Assembly (NCBI RefSeq): GCF_035084215.1
Contig: NC_090333.1
Coordinates: forward strand, 50,344,001 to 50,408,000
From: Heptranchias perlo
Lineage: Eukaryota
Length of the DNA: 64,000 bases
Direction: 5' to 3'
This document shows positions 1 to 12,250 of the stretch, one piece after another. How positions within the stretch are numbered: position 1 is the stretch's first letter; every line of letters starts with the position of its first letter. The position numbers and the translations under genes are program-made. The notes beneath the pieces are model-generated. The model did no database searches and was not told the origin of the DNA. It saw nothing but the letters and a program-made list of their open reading frames with translations.

Positions 1-932
1 TATATTCATAAATGACTTGGATGAAGGAATAGAGAGTGGTATATCTAAGTTAGGTGGCACAGTAAATAGTGTAGATGGGAGCAGAAAGTTGCTACAGGAC
101 ATTGATAGATTAAATGAGTGGGCAAAACTGTGGCAAATGGAGTTCAATGTGGGGAAGTGTGAGGTCATCCACACTGGATCTAAAATGATAGATCAGAGTA
201 TTTTCTAAATGATGAGAAGCTAAGAACTGTGAAGAAGCAGAGAGATTTAGGGGTCCAAATACAGAAAATGCAAAAGCTAGTGGAAAGGTACAAAAATATA
301 ATTAAAAAGTCTAATGGAATGTTGGCATATATCTCAAGAGGCCTGGAATACAAAGGGCTGTACAGAGCTTTGGTTAGACCACATCTGGAATACTGCATTC
401 AGTTCTGGGCACCGCACCTCAGGAAGGATATATTAGCCTTGGAGGGGGTGCAGGGCAGATTCACCAGAATGATACCAGAGCTAAAAGGGTTAAATTATGA
501 CAACAGATTGCAAAGACTGGGCTTGTATTCCCTTGAATATAGAAGATTAAGGGGTGATCTAATTGAGGTGTGTAAGATGATCAAAGGAGTTGATAGGGTC
601 GATAGAGAGAAACTATTTTCTCTGGTGGGGGAGTCCAGAACAAGGGGGCATAACCTTAAAATTAGAGCTGGGCCATTCAGGGGTGATGTCAGAAAGCACT
701 TCTTCACACAATGGATAGTGGAAATCTGGAACTCTCTCTCCCAAAAAGCTGTTGAGACTAGGTCCATTGAAAATGTCAAAACTGAGCTTGATGGATTTTT
801 GTTAGGCAAGGGTATTAAGGGTCACAGAATCAAGGCGGGTAGATGGAGTTAAGATACAGATCAGCCATGATCTAATTGAATGGCAGAACAGGCTCGAGGG
901 GTTGAATGGCCTACTACTGTTCTTATGTTCCT
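1..932 (+). mobile_element. CR1 LINE (HER1-like) 3' fragment, decayed RT C-terminus
   Basis: ORFs contain WQMEFNVGKCEVIH, LVRPHLEYC.QFWAP, RRLRGDLIEV and RTRGH. Tail is gttcttatgttcct. Confidence 0.92.
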
Positions 933-1489
933 AAAATGTTAATTTTTCTTGCACTTTCAGATGTTGATTAGCCTGCAATGCTTTTTCTGTTTTTATTTAG
1001 AAAATAGTTGTATCCCTCTAGACAAAATACATTAAAGTGGAGGAGAATTCCTTTTTTTGGTATTTGTAGCAAAATCATTAATACATTTTTATACATACAG
1101 GTAGAATATGAACAGGGGAAAATCTTTCCCCACTGTTCTTATGCCTTAAGAGATGGACACCAGAATAGCCACATGCCATTGTTGTCACATTGTCACATGT
1201 AATGAGGACAATGATGTTTTCACAACACAATTATATATTTAAATACGGGAAAAATAAAGTTTGCAAATACATTTGGATAAAGACCGTGCCTCTTTTCTTT
1301 CCTCCTTTGCTGATGATGATGATTCATGTCGGATTATGGTTTCACTGGTACCAATCACTCTCTATTACTTCATTAAGGAGGCAAAATTCTACATGGTGCA
1401 AATTTTTCCAATGGCAGAACAGTGATACAAAGGACAATATGTTTGTCAATTGGAGCAGAGATTTCACTTTCTAAATTCTGGAAGTAGAT

Positions 1490-1990
1490 TGCTGGATCAA
1501 AGCCATAGATGTGCATAATAATGGTTTTGTGGTCAGATACCATCTGAACATTATTTTAGTGCAAACACTTTCTGCTCATGTAGACCATGGGATTGCAATG
1601 AGAAACCCAGATGCCTGGGTGATGGCGTCTTTGCTGCTTTGCACCAGAGGGAACCCTGTCACCCAGCAAGAGCTCAACACCCTATCCAAATGATGCCTTC
1701 TTTCCACAGGGAAAATGATGCAGACATTGCCCCTTGCAAACACACCATATGCCACTTGTTTGATACATGTGTGCACTAAAGACAGCCTGCGGTGGCCAGT
1801 GTTCTCCATGGAGACTTGGAAGAATCTGATAGCACTGAAGTTTTACACTCTAGTAACCTATACTTCTACAGTAAAAGATGTCCCTATTCCAAATGGTATC
1901 AGCAGGTCAGCGTGCAGCAGCTGGTACAATTCTGTGACAGCCTATCTTGTAAACCAGAGGCAACTGACAGGTCTCCTCTGACTTGACCAG
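1490..1990 (-). mobile_element. Degenerate PIF/Harbinger (HARBI1-like) transposase fossil
   Basis: Minus-strand translation across frameshifts and stops gives FFQVSMENTGHRRLSLVHTCIKQVAYGVFARGNVCIIFP, GFPLVQSSKD and VYMSRKCLH*NNVQMVSDHKTIIMHI. These are colinear with the Harbinger motifs GSFQ...SQSAVH.CIRQV, GFP.V.GAID and NRKGFHS.NVQ.VCD. Confidence 0.72.
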
Positions 1991-3589
1991 GTTCATTTAG
2001 AGGGGTCCATAAATGCAAATCCTGGGATAATGATGGATGTGGACAAAATACCTCAAATTTCATTGCACCTGCTTTGTTTGTCCCCTCATGAGCTTCTCTT
2101 CCTCAACATAATCATGCAGCACTAAGGCGACCCCCAAAGGAAATCCTGTCCTATCACTTGTTACAGTGAAATATAAACCAAGAATAATAAGGGAAAAAAC
2201 AAAAAGTGCAAACATGGCAGAATACGAAGTAACATCAACTAACGCATGGAGTAAAATGCAGCAAAATGTATTTGCAAATGCAAAAAAAACTTCTAACAGT
2301 GACTCAAACAATAAACTCTCTTTAAGGAGGACAGCTTCCATGACTTCCAGGGTGCCTTTTTTTCATGGGTGAGGTGTGCAATGTGGATGTGAACCTTGCA
2401 TGAAGAATGGGAAAGGGAATTCAGTCAGGACCAAATTTAAATAAATTTTCAAATTAAATGAGGATTGTGCATGGCTGAAGAGTGACCTCCATCCTCACTC
2501 CAAAATCACACCTTGGGAAAAAAAAGGTGCTGTGCAAATTGGTTGCACAAGATTGGAGGCCTTATTTTCCAACCAGGGCCTGCCAGTAACTGCCGGCACA
2601 ACCTTAGAATTCAGGACTCACATATCTGCTTGTTGTATGTACTTAGGCCATCTGCATTTTTTTGTTTTTGTTTGGAAGGTGCATACCAGAAAATGAAAGA
2701 GATGACTCTGATGCTATAGTGCCTGCGCAGGTGCCTAATGTCCACTGTAGATCTCTGGGTGACAGTAGATTAGGCACTTAATCTGGTACCATGGAATCGC
2801 CAACATAATGTTAATGAGATAGATACCACAAAACTGGTAGCCCCAGCATCAAGCAGAAGCGATTCTGCAATATAAAGGGGGCATTTGTTTGCTAACTGTA
2901 GATACTACAACAAATTCTGGTTCATTGGAAAAATTATTTATCTTTCAGGATTTAAAGTAATATACTCACCTTTCTGATTTTTGAACAACAAAATAAAGCA
3001 CAAAAACTGACTGAAGTATGTATTATACACATCATATGGTAGCTATATGTAGGAGACAGAATATAATACGAAACCAAAAAATATTGGAGCAAAGGCCAGT
3101 TTGTTTTTAAATGTATTTTTCTCCCCCGCTTGCTTCTTACCCTCTCTGCACCACACATCATTTGTTCAGTGACATATGCCAGTGTGGGTGGGCTACATCA
3201 GTGCTAACGGGAGATGCCTACACATTTATTGGTGTCTGACATTCTTTTGTTTCTGTGCCTTTTGCTTTCGAACTGCTGCTTAGAGACAGCCAGCAGCAGC
3301 CATTTTGTGTAGAATCTACTCTTCATTAACAAAGAGACTGGTTTTATTGTATTTAGGAGTTTACAGATATCAGAACCAAAATTGTGATTTGAAAATCAAA
3401 AGTGAAAACGATATAAAATTAGATTTTTGCAGTTCCTCGAATCACTTAATTGATGTGATCCTACCCATAGAGACCAGGTTCAAAACCTGGATCGTGCTGA
3501 TCTCGGGGTAACCATCAGCGCATTACAATTTTGGAGCTCTTTGGCAATGATGGCAAAAAAAATTCAACCAGGCTTCTTACTCTTGTGTC

Positions 3590-3812
3590 ACCCTTGGATC
3601 AGTAGTAGCACTCTCGCCTCTGAGTTCAAGGCCCACTTAATCTAAGCTGACACTTCAGTGCAATACTGGTGCTGTACTGTTGGAGATGCCATCTTTAATG
3701 AGATGTTAAACCGAGATCCGTTTGCTCTCTCAGGTGGACGCAAAAAATCCCAATGCACTATTTGATGAAGAACAGGGGGTTCTCCCAGTGTCATAGCCAA
3801 CATTTATTCCTA
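3590..3812 (+). mobile_element. tRNA-derived Deu-domain SINE (SacSINE1/DeuSINE-like)
   Basis: tRNA-like head (cagtagtagcactctcgcctctgag) plus the central gatgttaaaccgag...ctcaggtggacgcaaaaaatccc block. Related copies at 28040, 50550 and 61590. Confidence 0.7.
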
Positions 3813-3880
3813 GTCTGTCAATACTCACTGCCTAGGCTCACACATAAACAGCAGTGAGGCAATTAAAGCCGATAGCACTC

Positions 3881-4368
3881 TAGAACAGAGAAACAGGAAT
3901 AGGCCATTTAGCCCCTCGAGCCTGTGGCGCCATTCAATTAGATCATGGCCGATCTGTGCATCAAATCCATTTACCCGCCTTTGATCCATATCCCTTGATA
4001 CCCTTACCCAATAAAAATCTATCAATCTCAGCCTTGAAAAGTTTAATTGACTCAGCATCCACAGCCTTTTGGAGGAGTGAGTTCCTGATTTCCACTACCC
4101 TTTGAGTGAAAAAGTGTTTCCGGATTTCACTCTTAACTGGCCTAGCTCTAACTTTAATATTCTGTCCCCTTGTTCTGGATTCCCACCATAGGAACTAGTT
4201 TCTCTGCATCTCCCCTATCGAATCCCTGTATCGTTTTAAACACCTTGATTAGATTACCCATCAATCTTCTAAATGCAAAGGAATACAAGCCATTTATGCA
4301 ACCTGTCCTCATAATTCAACACTTTAAGCCCTGGTATCATTCTGGTGAATCTGCACTGTATCCCTTCT
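3881..4368 (-). mobile_element. CR1 LINE 3' fragment
   Basis: Reverse complement matches the 3' end of the element at 1-932 (ggccattcagcccctcgagcc, ttccactaccctttg). Confidence 0.88.
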
Positions 4369-4434
4369 AGTACCCCAGCTTGAGTCAACACTTCATGAGA
4401 GGAGGAAAGGGGAGAAAATTGGAAAAACAATAGT

Positions 4435-4760
4435 GGGGTCGATTTTAACCCTTCCTGACAGGTGAGTGGACAGTTGAAAACACACAGGTTACTTACTCGC
4501 TGGTAACGCCATTTTAACCTTTAGGGTTCCTCAGGCGGATGAAGCACCCACCTAAAACAGGTGGGGGCCTCATGATTTTATGCAAATCGAGGTCCTATTA
4601 CGTCAATGGGACCCTGATTGTGTTTTAACTGGGGTCTGAGTGTGGAAGACGCCATAGCCTTCCTGCCAGGCTGGAAGCAGGTCTGCAGACTGAAGAGATA
4701 AGCTAAAAACTTTCCTTCATGGGGCCAGAAAGAATAGGATTGCTCCTCCGAGCCCCCACA
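4435..4760. mobile_element. Decayed MITE-like non-autonomous DNA element
   Basis: Starts ggggtcgattttaacc. Shares internal blocks (ggcctc...tatgcaaat, ggtcctat, ggagc..tcctcc) with 5323-5760, 17575-18092 and 29565-30250. Confidence 0.5.
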
Positions 4761-5322
4761 ACGAAAGTCGCAGCCTCTCCTGTCCTCGGGTTTGTGCCTG
4801 TGAGCTGCCATTGTGCTGAATTCCAAACTCAAACATACAGCTGTTGGGAGGAACTGCACAGGAGCGAGATACATCCAAAGGGAAGGAGGTAGGAAATTTG
4901 GAGAGAGATTTGTCATCAACATACTCTTGGCATCTCCTAGTGCTTGCCTTGAGAATGATGTAGATAGTTGCCCGGGAGCATAATAAGAAATAAAATGGCA
5001 GCACAATGATCATTCTGCAGAGTTCATCTGAGAATTCTAATATACCTTGGGACCTGTAAAATATTCAGTGTCATTTAACGTGCTTTGTTGTAAATCATGC
5101 TTAAGAAACTTTCATCTGATCTCCATTATTTGATACACTGCACTGCTTTAAAAAGAGTAATAAATGAACGCATCTGCTGCCCTTCAAGATCTTAGTTACG
5201 TTACTTTTATGGTTATTTTTATTGATAAATTTCTTCAAAAATAGGGGGAAAATAGCTGATTAGGCATTGTATTTAAAGCTATAGGAGCAAGTATGGACAA
5301 AGATGTTCAAATGGAATAAAAT

Positions 5323-5760
5323 GGGGTCAATTTTCTCTGCCTTTGCCTGGTGTTAACTGGGTGGTAACGGCCTCAAGCTGGGGTCAGTAGCCTTATCGTT
5401 CTGCTAACACAGCGATGCGGCCAGCTCCATTTTGAAAAGGGCTTATTGCCAGGTGTCCAAAGCGGCTGCCTGTTCCAGACAATAGGCCTCTTTTCATATG
5501 GAAATCAAGTCCTATGACATAAATAGGACCATGATTGCCATTTTACTTTGGAGCTGGTTGGAGCCTGCGCCATGTTTCACAGGCGTTGGAACCGAAGAAG
5601 CGCACCAAAGGTAAATGTTGTATTATTTTTGTGATCACCAGAGGAGCAGGAGTGCTCATCCGGGGCCCACAAAGCTAATCTGGGCTGCTGCCACCCCAGG
5701 ACCCCCAACCTCTGTGATTGCAACCAACCCCCAACCATGGGTTAAATGGCAGTGGGTTAA
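5323..5760. mobile_element. Decayed MITE-like DNA element (same group as 4435)
   Basis: ggggtcaattttc start and shared internal motifs (ggcctcttttcatatg, gtcctatgacataaataggacc palindrome, ggagcaggagtgctc). Confidence 0.5.
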
Positions 5761-5969
5761 CACATTGCTATTTCACCTCTGGGGCCTGGGCAAGGAAACC
5801 ATCTCTTTTAATATTTAGTCATGAAATCTCATTTAATGTTTGTCCATCAGCATCTTTGTTATAGAGTGATTAGTTGAAAGAAATAAGTCTTGAGCTGACA
5901 CTTAGAAACAAGTTTCTTTTTGTTTAACCACTAGTGTCACTTGATAATATAAAATGATCTTACGACTCC

Positions 5970-6302
5970 CCAATGAGTCAAACGGTGAATGCATTATGTG
6001 GCGTATTACTAAGCCGAGAAAGTTCCAAATTCAATTCCTGGTCTCTGCCAAGTTAGCTGACCTCAGATGGAGTAGTAATAAGAGTGCAACAATTGGTCTA
6101 AGCATCCCTGGGCTAAAGAAGGGAAAAATCAGCAAGGGTTTCCACTTTTGGTTGCTATTCAGTGACTCTTAGTGGAAAGTGTGCAGTGTCGACGTTGGAT
6201 GAGAGTAGGCTTGCGTTTAGTTGTGCTGTCCCTTTCACTGTTTGGGTTCACATATGAAGAATGGCCACCTGTATGAGGTACCAGTGCCTGTGGAAATGTA
6301 CT
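5970..6302 (+). mobile_element. Abundant unclassified SINE-like repeat (family X)
   Basis: Consensus blocks gttagctga.ctcag, acaattgg.ct.ag..cccctgggcta, aaaatcagcca.gg and cacacatgaagaatggccac recur many times in the window. Confidence 0.65.
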
Positions 6303-6598
6303 AGGAACATAGGAAAGGGAGTAGGCCATTCAGCCCCTTGAACCTGTTCCTGTCATTCAATTAGATTACAGCTGATCTGTATTTGGTCCTGTAATCTTAA
6401 CAATCTTTGCTAACAAAATCTATCAATCTCAGTTATGACATTTTCAATTGACCTCACCTCAACAGCTTTTTGGGGGAGAGAGTTCTGGATTTCCACTACC
6501 CTTTGTGTGAAGAAGTGCCTCTTGACATCACCCCTGAACGGCCTAGCTCTAATTTTAAGGTTATGCCCCCTTGTTCTGGACTCCTCCACCAGGGAGGA
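6303..6598 (-). mobile_element. CR1 LINE 3' fragment
   Basis: Minus ORF ESRTRGHNLKIRARPFRGDVKRHFFTQRVV plus a CR1 tail. Confidence 0.9.
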
Positions 6599-6874
6599 TA
6601 GCCTCCAGCATGAATAAGCACCTGCAGGAGAGGAAGGGCAGAAATTTGGGGTTAGCATCCATGTTCTGTATAACTGGGACCTATGTATAACTTATAGCTA
6701 CAGTGAGCTCCCAGCTGATTTTATTTTTCTTGTACATTTGAATTTAGTCTCCTAACCTTTGCATGGCTATTAATGAGATATCCTGTGATGCATATATTTC
6801 CCCTGCTGCCACTACCAGTGATATACTATTTTCTCATAATTAATCTTTGTTAAAAGGATTCCTGCTCCCCCAAT

Positions 6875-7400
6875 ACCTCAGTTGGTAAATTCATTGCCCT
6901 ATGTGGAACAGAGTGATATGTCCCAGATTTGATTGTCAGACTACACTGAGTTAACTGATCTCAGTCAGAGTGGCAAGAGGAGTGCAAGAATTGGTTATAG
7001 CACTCCTGGGCTAGGAAGAAGAAAGATCAGCCAGGGGTCGCACTCCTGATCACAATCCAGTGCCACCTGCTGGAAAGAGCATTGTAGGGACATCAGATGA
7101 GGCTGTGGTGCCCCTCATCGCCCCCTCACCCACACACAATCAAATAGCCTACTGACACACACTGTCTAGATGCACTCATGAAGAGCTACTGCACGGCATC
7201 AAACTATACCCTAGCATAGTGATCAGGAGCAGAGGACCTGGCTGATTTTACTTCTCTCCAGCATAGAAGTACTGTCAATTGTAGCACCCATACCACTGCT
7301 TTCACTGCTTATAACTAATTCAGCACAGACAAGGATCAAACCTGGGACCTTCCCAGCACTGTTTCAAACTAGGCAGTTTCTTTAATAACTCAGCCTAGAA
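6875..7400. mobile_element. Two family-X SINE-like copies in opposite orientation (+ 6875-7200, - 7230-7400)
   Basis: gagttaactgatctcag...aagatcagccaggg on plus, and its reverse complement (ctggctgatttt...aattcagcacagac) immediately downstream. Confidence 0.6.
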
Positions 7401-10400
7401 AATAGATACGATTTTAAATCGAAAAGCTTACAAATAATTTTCTCAATTAGTTTAGAAGATTTTCTTCTCAATAATAGAATACAAGCTTTGATTATTAATT
7501 TTACTTACTTGAAATCTTAAATGCCATCCATCAAGTTGAATATGTTTCTAAAATTTTCAGTTGTGCAATATGCATATTTGTGTTTTTTTGTGTTGAACTA
7601 AAAAAGATAAAGCTCTTCTCAGTGCCTTTCATTAACACAGAACATAAGAGTTATTAGGAATTGGAATTAGAAAAGGCCATTAGGCCCAACAAATCAGTCT
7701 TGTATTTGACAAATAACCACGCCCCCCACCAACCATCTTCTCACCATAGCCACCAATCCTTCTCTCTTCAGAAATACATCCAATTGCTTCTTGCAACTGT
7801 TTATATTCACCACGGTGGACGTCACAAATCGAATACATTTTGGATGAAAACGTTCTGCCTGACTTCTCTTTTTACTCCTAACTACCTTGTTTTAAATTGT
7901 GTCCCCTGGTATTTGAAATTGCAACCCTTTGTCCAATAACACACTTCAAGACAGTTATGGTTCAAATCTGTGTGTTTGTCAAGGCAAAGGATGTCAATGC
8001 TGGGGAATAGAAAACTGTTCCACTTTTTGCATCCAGCATCTGCATTAAACATTCCCAGGTTACGTTTAGTATGCGTTAGAGGCAAAGAAAAGCTTATTCC
8101 ATACTGTCCCACCAAGCACTCCTTCTTTCAGTCCAGTACAAATTAGATTCATAGTACAGCTCCCTCTACACCTTCCTATATGCTCTTCCTGGTCAGGTAA
8201 ACAAGGATTAGATGCAAGGCAAAGTTCCTTCTACTCTACCTCAGAAAAGTGACCTTTAATGCACCAGTGTGACATTTCCATTTCCCATATTGACTATTCT
8301 CAAAGCCTCCCTGAATAAATTTGTCTATTAAGTGTTGAATTGTCTGTGGCTTTGTGCTGTGGACTTACTTCCATTTTGGATCTTGCTTGACACTGCCCTA
8401 AACTCCTTTAAATTAGAATCCTTTTAATTAGCTATCATCCCATCAGTCTACAATGAAACCCAGGACCCAGAGGTGAAAGGATAACCTGCACCACCAATAT
8501 TCCCTATTAACTCATGTTCAATGCTATTGAGGGGGTGAAATACTCTGTGTGTATATTTCCTGATGAGTCAAGGACTTCTACACTTAACAAGAAAAACACT
8601 CAAACAGATAACCAGTTATTTTTGCAGCACATTTGTATTGAAGGCATAGTCCCATATACCCTTTACTTTAGACAGTTTAACTTACCTATAGTTTTGAGTA
8701 AAAGATTAGAGGCGTTTCAGATGTTTATGATCTTTGAGATTACTGCGGGTAGAAGGCACTAACACAATGCAAAACAATAAGCAATTCTGACAAATTCCTC
8801 AGTGCAGCTACACACTCTAGCTACCACAGAAAAGGTAAGAACAGCAGTCTTAAATATAAATTCCATACCTTAAGAAAACTATTCATCACGTTTCACATTC
8901 AAGAGGAAGAACGTTTGACATTTTCCCGCAACTCTGCTGTCTAAAACCTTCAACATTCAAACATTAAACTGACGAATATTCTTGAAAAAATCAACCCTGA
9001 ATGTTATGATAAAATGCTTTATCCCAGTATATTTGTGCATTACGTTGAAAAATTTCAGTTCTTCAGTTCTTTGAAATCCTTTCACAGCAGAAGCTGAACA
9101 TTTTCTGCAGTTGCGTTGATGAAAGAATTAAGAAAATGAGATCAGAATTTTTTTCTTGAATATTGTAAAATAAACAGCATTACATCAATTTTAATGACCA
9201 AATACAAGCAATAGTGGGCAGGACGATCATATCAGCTCCAGAATAATTTTTCCAAATTTTTACATCATTTCAGAATTACACAAAAAGATTGTTTCTCTCA
9301 TACCACAACAGCTAAAGGAAGATTTTCGATAATCTAGATTCACAGTAACAACATATAATGGTCTATAAGAGGTTTGTACAACTAGTATAATAATGGTAAT
9401 CTACAATGTTTGGTGTGTTTCTAGAACATTAAGAACATTTGTTTTTGTAAATATACATTTTGAAATTCACTTACATTCTAATTTTGCATTCTCCTGGTTC
9501 CACATTTGTCTCTGTTAGGTTTCAGGCCTGCTTCAGCTAGCTGCAGCTCGATTTAAATTTCCATCAGCCTGCCAGGCAGTTGCAGAAGAAAAAAAACAGC
9601 AAGTGAAAAGGGATTATGACTGTCAGCATGGAAAGCACTGAGTTTGTGCCGGTATCGACATAAGAGGAAATGCAGCTCAGGAGCAAAACATGGTTCCTGT
9701 TTAACAGATACCATTTCCCACTATCCCTCTGTATGGATGCACTCTGTATGGTAAGACTGTGAATCCTAAAAGCTTACAAACAGTATGCAGTATATAGATA
9801 TTTATTAACTTGTACATAAAATATAAGAAATACACACAAATTGTCTCTGTACATAATTGCCTTGTGAATCCATCTTTACATTATCATTAACCACATTTTA
9901 AAAAATGATGATCCAGAATCCAACTGAATTCAAATGGCTCAATTGCTTGAAAGGAAAATGCATTTTATTTATGCTTTTTAAAAATATATTTTATAAAATG
10001 ACTGTTATGAAATAATGTTGGATATGAACATTGAAGAAAGAAACCCTTAACAATGCTGTGCTGTGCTGATATAAAGGATTTTAAAAGCTTTTGTCTGGTT
10101 TAATCATTGGGTACAGAAGTTTAAAATTAGCATTCTCTTCTCGATACCAGAATGCAAGCTTTAGGCTTTTTTATATTTGGAACATTATATTTAAATGCTT
10201 GTTTTGTTTAAAAATATTTCTGAAATCTTAAGGTTTATTTCTTTGGTATCTTATCTTTGGTGCCATGAACTAAAAAGTAATCTTTCTCCCTACCTTTAGT
10301 TGCAGTCGTTGCTAATTCTCTTCTCCTATATGCCCAGTATCAGCTGCAGAAATGTACAGGAAGCCAAGCTTGATTTCTAAAGTGCTGACCTTTGATTTGT

Positions 10401-10789
10401 CATTCACACTCAGTCAAAGGTCACTCAAATTGCTTCCATTAATCCGAGGCTGCTGATGCACAGCAATGTTACGTGATTGTGTCCTGTGCTAGTAGGCAGG
10501 ACCGTACAGCAGCACAGGAAGCAAACAGCTACAGGCACGACCCAAGCAGATGGTATGAAAAACATTGCTGGGACTGCAGTTGCTTGACATCAAAACAACA
10601 ATGCTGTACAGATTCAATTAATGTCAACTCGCATCATTTATCAAGAAGACACATTACATTTTTAATTCAGTAATTGTATACTGTCTTTTCTTTTATCATG
10701 CTATTAAAATGAGTTCATATTATTGTTTTAGTCTCATTCCATTCTTGTCTTTTTTTAATTTCTGTCCTCCAATTTTATGTTAACTTCTC

Positions 10790-11130
10790 CTGAAGGCACT
10801 GACTCATGCTGGGTATGGTTGTATGGGTGATGGCTCGTGATCATTCTTTGTGTGAGCCCAAACCAGTGAGTGTTGGCCAGCTGCCTACCAACCCTGCCTA
10901 CCAACACAGGTCACGATACTGCCCTCAACCGATGTCCGTGCACTTTCTAGCAGGAACCAGTAATGGAAATTATGGTTGAATTATTCACCTCCCTAGCTCA
11001 GGGCTGCCAAAGCCAATGTTAGTACCCTTATTGACAGCCCAGCTGAGATCAAAACAAATTGGGGATCAAACCAGTGACCTGCTTGTTTCCACACTGGGGA
11101 TGCATTTACCCACTAAGCCATTGGGAGTCT
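10790..11130 (-). mobile_element. Family-X SINE-like copy
   Basis: Reverse complement of the family-X blocks (cattctttgtgtgagccc, ccctagctcagggc, cagctgagatca, gcatttacccactaagcca). Confidence 0.6.
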
Positions 11131-11919
11131 AATTTTGACTTTTGGAAAGCAGATTGTACCATCTAATTTCACAGAATACAAAATGAACAATTAACAAGGC
11201 TAATTTTCAACCTCTTTTATTTGCAGGAGGTTAAGTTTCTGTTTTCTTCTTTGCTTCATAATTTTTTTCAGGCATTTTCAACCATTCATCTGGTATCATG
11301 AGGCCAGTTGTAGAAACCCTCCCGCTGCCCGGCTTGGATTAGTTACCTCAGCACAAACCAAGAGTCAAACCTAGAAGCCTTCCTGTTCTGAATAACTGAG
11401 TACGATACCATAGGTTGCATTTACCAACTAACCAATTGGGAAGTTCTGTCTTTGATTTTTCAGGAATATGTGCATGCCCATTTTGCCCCCTTGATATATT
11501 TCCCCTTTAATTCTCTCACTAATGCCCTCCCTAATTCCATGCTTTCTCCTGAAGTTAGAATAGGTCTGGGTCACATGTTTCATTATGCATCCTTGCTAAT
11601 CCTGCTTGATAATCAGCCATTAGAAGGGGGCATGTTTGAGGCCACCAGTGGTCAGCAAGGTTGGCAGCATCTGTTTATATTGTCAGCAAAGTGTTGCTGC
11701 TTCCAGAGGCAGAAATGACTTCTGTAAGTGACTCTGAAGATGGCAGCACTAGGTCACCACACTATTGCCGAAGTCAACATCCATTGTCAGTTGGAGTGCC
11801 GGAAGGTAAGTGCCCTGTTAGGTTAGTATTAGAAGAGGAAAACAAAAAAGGTAGATGGTTGATAACATCAAAATCAAAATAAATTCTTATTTACCCAGGT
11901 ATGAAGGAGGTGGCGTATG

Positions 11920-12250
11920 AAAGAGCCAGGAAGATCTCAGATTTGATACCCAGTTTCTGCTGAATTAGTTGATTTTAGCCAGGAGGGGGGAGGTTTTGGG
12001 AATCCAACAATTGGCTTCAACACCTCTAGATTAGGGAAAGTAAAATTGGCCACCATCCTTCTCCTGATCAACACCCTTGCCCAAAGTGCACATGTATGGA
12101 TGGCAGGTGAGGACATGATTAGTTTCAGCTGTGATTACCACGCCCATCCCCACAGTTGAATAATTTGATAACACTCACTGTCAAGGAATATTAACCATAT
12201 AGGCCATATACCACAGGGCAACTGGTACCTGTGCAACTGTACCTCAAGAA
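11920..12250 (+). mobile_element. Family-X SINE-like copy
   Basis: gctgaattagttgattttagccagg...caattggcttca...ggtgaggacatgat blocks. Confidence 0.6.

Noticed and set aside
180-809. Antisense ORFs over LINEs (also 26755, 27215, 38810, 42433, 44044, 57272, 61778)
   Set aside because: Open antisense frames recur in every copy of these LINEs and are shadows of the RT coding strand.
1490-1990. Domesticated HARBI1-like host gene
   Set aside because: Multiple stops and frameshifts and an incomplete catalytic region, so it is a fossil.
10482-10519. Hairpin tcctgtgct...agcacagga as a miRNA or snoRNA
   Set aside because: Only a 9-bp stem, too short for a pre-miRNA, and no box motifs.
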